From assembly GCA_035285125.1 (NCBI GenBank), contig JAYKHR010000098.1, forward strand, positions 1 through 25,786: a DNA stretch of 25,786 nt, given 5' to 3'. The position numbers and the translations under genes are program-made. Positions 17,059 to 23,468 of this stretch are shown one piece after another. Source of the stretch: Candidatus Sericytochromatia bacterium. GTDB lineage: Bacteria > Cyanobacteriota > Sericytochromatia > S15B-MN24 > JAQBPE01. Positions within the stretch are counted from its first letter, which is position 1. Each line of letters opens with the position of its first letter. The notes beneath the pieces are model-generated. The model searched no databases. It was not told the DNA's origin and saw only the letters and a list, made by a program, of their open reading frames with translations.

Positions 17059-19992
17059 TCATGGCGTGCGCGTGAGCTCCTTGAGCTGGGACGAGCCGTT
17101 GTCGACGTAGAAGATCCGGCCCTCCGGCGTGACGGCGAGCCCGATGGGGTTTCTGACGACGGCCTCGTCGAGGCCGGAGCCGACGCCGGCGAGGGTGATG
17201 GCCTTGCCGTCCGGGGTGATCTGCCGGATGCGGCCCGGGATGGGCTCCAGTTGCTCGAAGGCTGGAACCGCCAGGCCAGCCAGGGCGCTGACCGGCCGGG
17301 TGCCGACCTCGGCGATGTAGAGGTTGCCGGCGGCGTCGCAGGCGAGGCCCATCGAGACCAGCAAGGTGGCCGCGAGGGCCGGCACCTCGCGCTCACGCTG
17401 GGCCTCCCCGCTGAGGACCGCGACGATCGAGCGTTCAAGCCCTGAGCCGGCGTGGCGCGTGAGCTTGCCGGTGGGGTCGAGGCGCAGGACCACGCCCTCG
17501 GTGGGCTGGGCGACGTAGAGGTTGCCAGCGGCGTCGTAGGCGAGCCCGGTGATCATCTCGAGGCGGCACTGCAGGGCGTCTTTGCCTTCCCGGTCCTCCT
17601 GCCGTGCGGCGTCCGGCTGCCGGCTGCCGGCGAGGGCCGTGAGCGTGCCGTCGCGCTCGACGCGCAGGATCTGGTAGATCGCGTCGCCGCCATTTGCAGC
17701 GAACACCGGCTGGCCGTCGGGGGCTCGGACGACGGAGGTGAGCTCGCTGAAGCGCACCTGCTTGGCCTGGGGCTTCTGTGGCGGCGCCTCCTTCAGGAAC
17801 ACCTCGCCGCCGCCTGCCAGGGTGACGACGGTGCCGTCGGGGCGCAGGTGGCGCAGCAGGCGGCCGATGGTCTCGACGACGTAGAAGCCCTCGGGCGCGG
17901 TGGCGATCGCCGTCGGGGCCAGCAAGGCCCTGGCCTGCTGGCCGTCTGGCACCCTGCCCGGGCGGCCGCCGGCGAGCAGCGTCAGGGCGTCGCCATCGAG
18001 GCGCCGCACGGCGTTGCCGCCGAGCTCGGTGAGGACCACGCGGCCCGTGGCGTCGAGGGTGATGCCCAGGGGGATGTTCAGCGCCGCATCCCTGGCCAGG
18101 GCACCCGGGGCCGTCAGGGTGCCTGCGCGCACCGTCACCTGGCCGTCGGGGCTGATGGCCCGGACGAGCCCGCCGGTGGCCTCCGCGACCAGCACCGTCC
18201 CGTCGGCGAGGGCGGCGAGGCCTGCGGGGGCGTTCAGGTGGGCCTCCAGGGCCGCCACGGTGTCTCCGTCGAGCCCTGGCGAGGCCGTGCCGGCGAAGCG
18301 GGTCACGGTGCCGTCGCGCGTGATGCGGTCGATGCGCCCGCTGGTCGGGTCTTTCCTCTCGTGGAGCGTGGCGAGGACGCTGCCGTCGGGTTGTGCGAGC
18401 AGGTGGGCGTTGAGCTCGACGGGGAGCGGGTCCTTCATCCGCTTCCAGGCGCCTTGCGGCCGCTTCAGCCAGAGGTTGTCCGGGCCGTTTACCAGGGCCC
18501 ACAGGGCGCCGTCATCCGCCTCGGCGAGGGCCACGATCCAGCGGTGATCGTCGGTATCCTTGCGGGGGCCAGCCATGACCTGCACCGTGCCCGTGTCGGG
18601 GTCGAGCCGCAGGATGTGCGCGGGCGCGCCCTCGGTCGAGGTGTTTCTGGCGGCGATCAGCAAGGTGCCGTCTCGTCCCCGGGCCAGCGCGCCCGGCTCG
18701 GCCAGCCTGACCTTCGTCGCCCGGGCGCCGTCCGTGGGGGGCTGGTCGCCCCCCCCCGCGATGGCCTCGACCACGCTGCCGTCGCGGGACACGCGGTAGA
18801 CCACGCCCCTGGGCTCCGAGAGCCCGTAGAAGCCTTCCGGGGTGGCCACGAGGTCCGTCAGGTACAGGCTGCCCAGCGCGTCTCCCGTGGGGCTGCAGGG
18901 ACCCATTAGGCGCATCGTCGTGCCATCGGCGGAGATGCCGTGCACGATCCCCGTGTTGGCCTCCGCCACGTAGAGCGTGCCGTCTGCCGCCGCGGCGATC
19001 GACACGGGCTGCTGCAGGGCCGTCCGGGTGGCCGCGGTGCCGAGCTGGCAGGCATCCACACCCGCGAGGGTCATGATGCGCCGGACCTCCTGCAGGGCGG
19101 CGGCGAGGGCCTGGTTTTGCTCGCCGGCGGCGTTGGCGGCGTCGGCGAGCCTGTCGGGTCGCCAGGCTGCGCCAGCGAGGGCCTCGGCCGAGAGGACGGC
19201 CCGGGCGGCCTCTTCGGCCTGCCTGGCGGCCTCTGGCGTGAGGCGGTCGAGGGCGGCGGCGGGGTCTGGCTGGCCGGCGAGGACCTGGGTCTCGACCCAG
19301 CTGGCGAGGAGGGTGGCGGTGGGGGTGACGGGGACTGGGACGCCCGCGGGCTGGTTGCGGGGGCGCAGGCCGGCGAAGCCTCTGAGCACGCCGTCGGTGG
19401 CGTCGAGGGGGACGTGGAGCGAGAGGCCGCGGGCAACGCGGTAGCCCGGGAAGGTGACGAGGCCGTCCTGGTTGGTGACGGCGCTGACGAGCCTGCCGTC
19501 GGGGCCGACGAAGAGGCGGCCGCGGGCGTCCCGGACATAGACGCGCACGTTGGCCGCGGGGGTGGGGGCGGTGGCGAGGCGGTAGCCGGCGCGGGGGCCG
19601 ACGAGGCCCGCGGGCAGCTCGACGCGGCCCGTCAGGGTGCCGCCGTCGACGCCGATGAGGGTGCCACCATCGACGCCGATGAGGGTGCCGCCATCGACGC
19701 CGATGAGCTGGCCCTTGGGGGCGACGCGGACGAGGCCGCTCGGGGGCACGCGGATGACGGTGGTGCCATCGAGGCCGAGCAGGCTGGCGCCGTCCGCGGC
19801 CACGCGGCTGCCGCCCTCCTGTCGGAGCTGGCCCGTGAGCGCGGCGTCCGCCACGCGGGTGGCGCGCGCGGCGGCCGGCGTCGCGCCGGTGGGCTTCGGC
19901 GGCACGCCGGGGGCGACGCGGCTGGCGGGCTGGCAGGCTAGCACGCTGGCTGCGAGGGCCCCCAAGACGGCTGTGCGTGACCAACGTGCCAT
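17059..19992 (-). CDS. NHL-repeat beta-propeller lipoprotein, paralog P3 (977 aa; type-B trunk)
   Basis: Start moved from 20148 to the ATG at 19992 (SD GAGGA; signal MARWSRTAVLGALAASVLA-C20). LIGVDGGT x3; NHL blades; ends RNPIGLAVTPEG..QLK. Confidence 0.87.
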   Translation of the reverse strand: MARWSRTAVLGALAASVLACQPASRVAPGVPPKPTGATPAAARATRVADAALTGQLRQEGGSRVAADGASLLGLDGTTVIRVPPSGLVRVAPKGQLIGVDGGTLIGVDGGTLIGVDGGTLTGRVELPAGLVGPRAGYRLATAPTPAANVRVYVRDARGRLFVGPDGRLVSAVTNQDGLVTFPGYRVARGLSLHVPLDATDGVLRGFAGLRPRNQPAGVPVPVTPTATLLASWVETQVLAGQPDPAAALDRLTPEAARQAEEAARAVLSAEALAGAAWRPDRLADAANAAGEQNQALAAALQEVRRIMTLAGVDACQLGTAATRTALQQPVSIAAAADGTLYVAEANTGIVHGISADGTTMRLMGPCSPTGDALGSLYLTDLVATPEGFYGLSEPRGVVYRVSRDGSVVEAIAGGGDQPPTDGARATKVRLAEPGALARGRDGTLLIAARNTSTEGAPAHILRLDPDTGTVQVMAGPRKDTDDHRWIVALAEADDGALWALVNGPDNLWLKRPQGAWKRMKDPLPVELNAHLLAQPDGSVLATLHERKDPTSGRIDRITRDGTVTRFAGTASPGLDGDTVAALEAHLNAPAGLAALADGTVLVAEATGGLVRAISPDGQVTVRAGTLTAPGALARDAALNIPLGITLDATGRVVLTELGGNAVRRLDGDALTLLAGGRPGRVPDGQQARALLAPTAIATAPEGFYVVETIGRLLRHLRPDGTVVTLAGGGEVFLKEAPPQKPQAKQVRFSELTSVVRAPDGQPVFAANGGDAIYQILRVERDGTLTALAGSRQPDAARQEDREGKDALQCRLEMITGLAYDAAGNLYVAQPTEGVVLRLDPTGKLTRHAGSGLERSIVAVLSGEAQREREVPALAATLLVSMGLACDAAGNLYIAEVGTRPVSALAGLAVPAFEQLEPIPGRIRQITPDGKAITLAGVGSGLDEAVVRNPIGLAVTPEGRIFYVDNGSSQLKELTRTP
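19056..19328. repeat. Copy 1 of a >=273-bp direct repeat (trunk-coding segment of P3)
   Basis: Hand alignment with 25514-25786: ungapped, 11 mismatches in 273 nt, offset 6458. Confidence 0.93.
19636..19707 (-). repeat. Three tandem 24-bp units encoding LIGVDGGT in P3
   Basis: Near-identical GGTGCCRCCRTCGACGCCGATGAG units on the + strand; more degenerate octamers precede them in the protein. Confidence 0.92.
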
Positions 19993-20158
19993 GGATCTTC
20001 CTCGGGGTGGTGGCTCAATGGCCTTCTTCATACCCGAGCCTGGCCTGTTTGGCCCCTCGCCCGCGCCCTCCTTGATTCGGCAGCACCCCTCATCCCCGTT
20101 GACGCTTACCTTCTCCCCGCGGGTGAAGGGCGCCAAGGCCTGTCGCACCCGCAGCTTC

Positions 20159-20179
20159 CAGGGGCGCCATTCGCCCCTG
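20159..20179 (-). terminator. Hairpin 21 nt downstream of the P4 stop codon
   Basis: CAGGGGCG-ccatt-CGCCCCTG (+ strand), 8-bp perfect stem. No U-tract, so function uncertain. Confidence 0.3.
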
Positions 20180-20200
20180 CCCTCACCCCGTCCGGGTGGC

Positions 20201-23200
20201 TCAGCGGGTCACGACGATCTCCTTGAGCTGGGCCGTGCCGTTGTCGACGATGTAGAGCCTGCCGTCGCGGGACACGGCGAGGCCGAGGGGGTTGCGGACG
20301 GCGTCGCGCTGCTGGCCGGAGCCGACGCCGGCCAGGATGTGCGCGACGCCGTCGGGCGTCACCATGCGCACGCGGCCGTCGACGATGGGCATCTCCTCGG
20401 CGATGCCCGCCGAGATCCGCGAGGCAATCATCGCGCCCACGCGCGTGCCGATCTCCGCGATGTAGACCGTGCCCTGCTCGTCGATGGCGAGCCCCGTGGG
20501 CATCAGCAAGCTGGCCTCACGCGCCGGGCGGTCGCCTTCGTTCAGCGCCGTGCCGTCCTTCAGCGCGGCGTACGTCGTGCCGAAGCCCGAGCCTGCGAAG
20601 GTGGTGAAGACGCCGTCGGGGCTGATGCGGTAGACGCGGGACGCGGCGGGCTCGGCGAGGTAGAGGTTGCCGGCCTTGTCGTAGGCGAGGCCGGCCAGGC
20701 GGGAGATGGGCACCTCCTTGGCGGGCTTGCCCTCCCGCGGGTCCTCGGGCAAGGCGAGGATGGTGGTGGGCCAGTCGCCGTCGAACGAGCCGGCCAGCCA
20801 TGTGAGCGTCCCATCGTCCTCCAGGCGCCAGATCTGGGCCCGCTCGTAGGACTCGTAGCCTGCGGCAAACACGGGGCGCCCTTGTGGGTCGACCGTCACG
20901 GAGACGAGCTCCGGGAAGTAAGTGTTCTTCGCGATCACCGGCTGCCCTGGCTTCGGTGCCCCCTGGAGCCTTCGACCGTTCTCGTTCACGAGGATCTCCT
21001 GGCGCCCGTCCGGGTGCAGCTTGCGCAGCTTGCGGCCGTAGGCCTCGCAGATGAGGATGCCCTCGCCGTGGGGCGCGAGCGAGGTGGGGCCATCGAGGAG
21101 GTTCGGGCTGTGCTGGCCGTCGGCGTAGGCCATCTCGCCGCCAGCCAGGAGCGCCAGGTTGCCGCTTTCCAGGCGACGCACGGCGTTCGCGCCGACCTCG
21201 GTGAGCAACACGCGGCCCTGGGCGTCGACCATGATGCCGCCAGGCAGGTTGAGCGTGGCCTCGGCGGCGATGGTGCCCCGGGGGGTGGTGGTGCCGGCCC
21301 ACACGGACACCATGTTGTCCTTGATGGCGCGGACCAGCCCATTCTGGCTGTCGGCGACCAGCACCGTGCCGTCGGCCAGCCTCGCGAGGCTGGCCGGGAG
21401 CTTGAAGTGGGCCTCCAGGGCCGGCATGGTGCTGCGATCCAGCCCGGCCTTCGGGCCGCCGGCGAAGGGGGTGGCCTTGCCGTCCCGGCTGACGCGGTCG
21501 ATTTTCTGGGCGCCCGTGCCCTCGCCGTTGCCCCGGGTGATGAGCAGGTCCCCCCCGGGCAGGGGCAGGATGCCGAAGGGCCACGGCCCGGCGGAGGCGC
21601 CCAGCTTGCGCCAGGCCTCGCCCGGGGCCCGCAGCCACACCTGCCCGGAGCTCGTCACGGCCCAGAGGGCGCCGTCCTCGGCCTCCGCGAGCGCGGCGAG
21701 CCGCGTCCGGGACCACTCGGGCAGGCTGGCCTCGATGGCCACGGTGTCTCGCCCCGCCTGCCGGGTGATCCGCAGGATGCGGGCGGGGTTCTGGCCGTCG
21801 CTCGCCGCGCCATAGAGCACCGAGCCATCCCGGCTGGCCGCCAGCCCCTGCAGGCCCTGCTCCGTGCCCGGGACGGGGGCTGGCACGTACGGCCGGATCG
21901 CCGCCACCTCCTCGAAGGTCCGGCCGTCCGCCGTCACCCGGTAGAGCCGATCCAGCAGGCTCGACACGCAGTAGAGGTGGCCGCCCGCGACGGCCATCTC
22001 ACCGACGTACAGCGTGCCGACCCTGTCCACGGTCGGGCTGCCCGGGCCCAGCACGGTGCTGACGCTGCCATCGGCCGCGATGCGCCGCACGATGCCGGTG
22101 TAGCGCTCCGCGACGTACACCGCGTCCTCCCCCGGGGAGGCGGCCAGCCGCAAGGGCTGCTGGAGCGCCAGGCTGGTGCGGGTGACGCCCTCGAGGCGGC
22201 TGTTGTCGACCCCGGCCAGCGCCATGACCCGCCGCACGGTCTCGAGGGCGCCGGCCAGCGCGCCGCCCTCCTGCTTGAGGCGGTCCGTCTCGGCCGCGCA
22301 GGTCTCCGGGCGCCAGTCGAGCGTGGCGCCGGCCCAGGCGCCGCCCAGCTTGCGGCTCAGGGCCGCCCGGGCCACCGTGGCGGCGTCGGTGGTCAGGCGA
22401 TCCAGCGACCGGGGCCGGCGGTCCTGCGCCTGTGGCCCGAGGATCGAGGTGTCGATCCAGCCCGTGAGCATCGTGGAGACCGGGTCGAGCTGCAGCCGCT
22501 CGCTCGTGCGCCAGTCGCGCGGGCGCACGGCCGAGAAGCCTCGCAGGTCCTTGCGGGCGCCGGCCAGCGCCACGAAGCAGGAGAGGCCCCGGTGGGCCAG
22601 GTAGCCCTGGAACAGGAAGCGCCCCTCGGCATCCGTCCGGGTGGTGATGGGGCGGCCGGCCTGGTCCACCACGAAGCGGCCCTGTGCGTCGCGCACGTAG
22701 ACGGCCACGCCGGCTGCCGGCACGACCTCGTCCGCGGCGAGCCGGTAGAGCCCCTTGCCGCCCTTCGCGAGCGCGGCGGGCAGCTTGACCTCGCCCATCA
22801 GCGCCCCCACCAGCCGGGGTTGGCCATCCTCCCCCACGGCGTTCTGGCCGCCCGCGGCGATGAGGCTGCCGCCGTCGGGGCCGATGAGGTTCTGGCCGCC
22901 CGCGGCGATAAGGTTCTGGCCGCCTGCGGCGATGAGGTTCTGGCCGCCTGCGGCAATGAGGCTGCCGCCATCGGGGCCGATGAGGGTGCCTGCGTCGGGG
23001 CCCACGAGGGTGCCGCCATCCGGGCCGATGAGGGTGCCGCCATCCACCCCGATGAGGGTGGCTCCCTCCAGGCTGCCGAGCACCTTGCCGGAGGCATCGA
23101 CCAGCGCCTTGCCGTCGGCGGAGACGAAGGTCCCGCCGTCCAGACCGATGAGGCTGCTGCCCGCCAGCGCCACCATCTGGTCGGCCTCGAGCGGGATCGC

Positions 23201-23401
23201 GCTGCCGGCATCCAGCCCCACCAGGGAGACGGGGCCCTTCACGGGCGCGCCCTGGCTCGTGGCGGCGCCGCCCGGGGCGCCACCGGGCTTCGCAGGGGGC
23301 ACCGTGGCCCGGGCCGCGGCCACGCGCGTCGTCGGCGCGCCCTGGCAGCCGGGTGCTGCCAGCAGCATCAACCCGATGACGATCGCCGCCCGCGCGCGCA
23401 T
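20201..23401 (-). CDS. NHL-repeat beta-propeller lipoprotein, paralog P4 (1066 aa; type-B trunk, long octapeptide array)
   Basis: SD GAGGAGGT; signal MRARAAIVIGLMLLAAPG-C19; octamer array; NHL blades; ends RNPLGLAVSRDG..QLK. Confidence 0.88.
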   Translation of the reverse strand: MRARAAIVIGLMLLAAPGCQGAPTTRVAAARATVPPAKPGGAPGGAATSQGAPVKGPVSLVGLDAGSAIPLEADQMVALAGSSLIGLDGGTFVSADGKALVDASGKVLGSLEGATLIGVDGGTLIGPDGGTLVGPDAGTLIGPDGGSLIAAGGQNLIAAGGQNLIAAGGQNLIGPDGGSLIAAGGQNAVGEDGQPRLVGALMGEVKLPAALAKGGKGLYRLAADEVVPAAGVAVYVRDAQGRFVVDQAGRPITTRTDAEGRFLFQGYLAHRGLSCFVALAGARKDLRGFSAVRPRDWRTSERLQLDPVSTMLTGWIDTSILGPQAQDRRPRSLDRLTTDAATVARAALSRKLGGAWAGATLDWRPETCAAETDRLKQEGGALAGALETVRRVMALAGVDNSRLEGVTRTSLALQQPLRLAASPGEDAVYVAERYTGIVRRIAADGSVSTVLGPGSPTVDRVGTLYVGEMAVAGGHLYCVSSLLDRLYRVTADGRTFEEVAAIRPYVPAPVPGTEQGLQGLAASRDGSVLYGAASDGQNPARILRITRQAGRDTVAIEASLPEWSRTRLAALAEAEDGALWAVTSSGQVWLRAPGEAWRKLGASAGPWPFGILPLPGGDLLITRGNGEGTGAQKIDRVSRDGKATPFAGGPKAGLDRSTMPALEAHFKLPASLARLADGTVLVADSQNGLVRAIKDNMVSVWAGTTTPRGTIAAEATLNLPGGIMVDAQGRVLLTEVGANAVRRLESGNLALLAGGEMAYADGQHSPNLLDGPTSLAPHGEGILICEAYGRKLRKLHPDGRQEILVNENGRRLQGAPKPGQPVIAKNTYFPELVSVTVDPQGRPVFAAGYESYERAQIWRLEDDGTLTWLAGSFDGDWPTTILALPEDPREGKPAKEVPISRLAGLAYDKAGNLYLAEPAASRVYRISPDGVFTTFAGSGFGTTYAALKDGTALNEGDRPAREASLLMPTGLAIDEQGTVYIAEIGTRVGAMIASRISAGIAEEMPIVDGRVRMVTPDGVAHILAGVGSGQQRDAVRNPLGLAVSRDGRLYIVDNGTAQLKEIVVTR
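22817..23224 (-). repeat. Array of 17 in-register octapeptides in P4 (core 22841-23056: nine LIGxDGG[TS]-type / LIAAGGQN units)
   Basis: LVGLDAGS AIPLEADQ MVALAGSS LIGLDGGT FVSADGKA LVDASGKV LGSLEGAT LIGVDGGT LIGPDGGT LVGPDAGT LIGPDGGS (LIAAGGQN)x3 LIGPDGGS LIAAGGQN AVGEDGQP. Confidence 0.9.
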
Positions 23402-23468
23402 CCTGACCTCCTCGGGTGCACCACCCTGCGAGGTTCCATACCCTGCGGGCGGGCCCTTCCCCTGCCTG

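Noticed and set aside
19056..19328. Diversity-generating retroelement TR/VR pair
   Set aside because: No reverse transcriptase visible; mismatches are not adenine-specific; both copies lie in mid-gene coding regions rather than at a C-terminal variable region.
22841..23056. 24-bp periodic repeats as a CRISPR array
   Set aside because: Units are directly adjacent with no unique spacers, lie in frame inside a CDS, vary mainly at synonymous sites within each flavour, and no cas genes are present.
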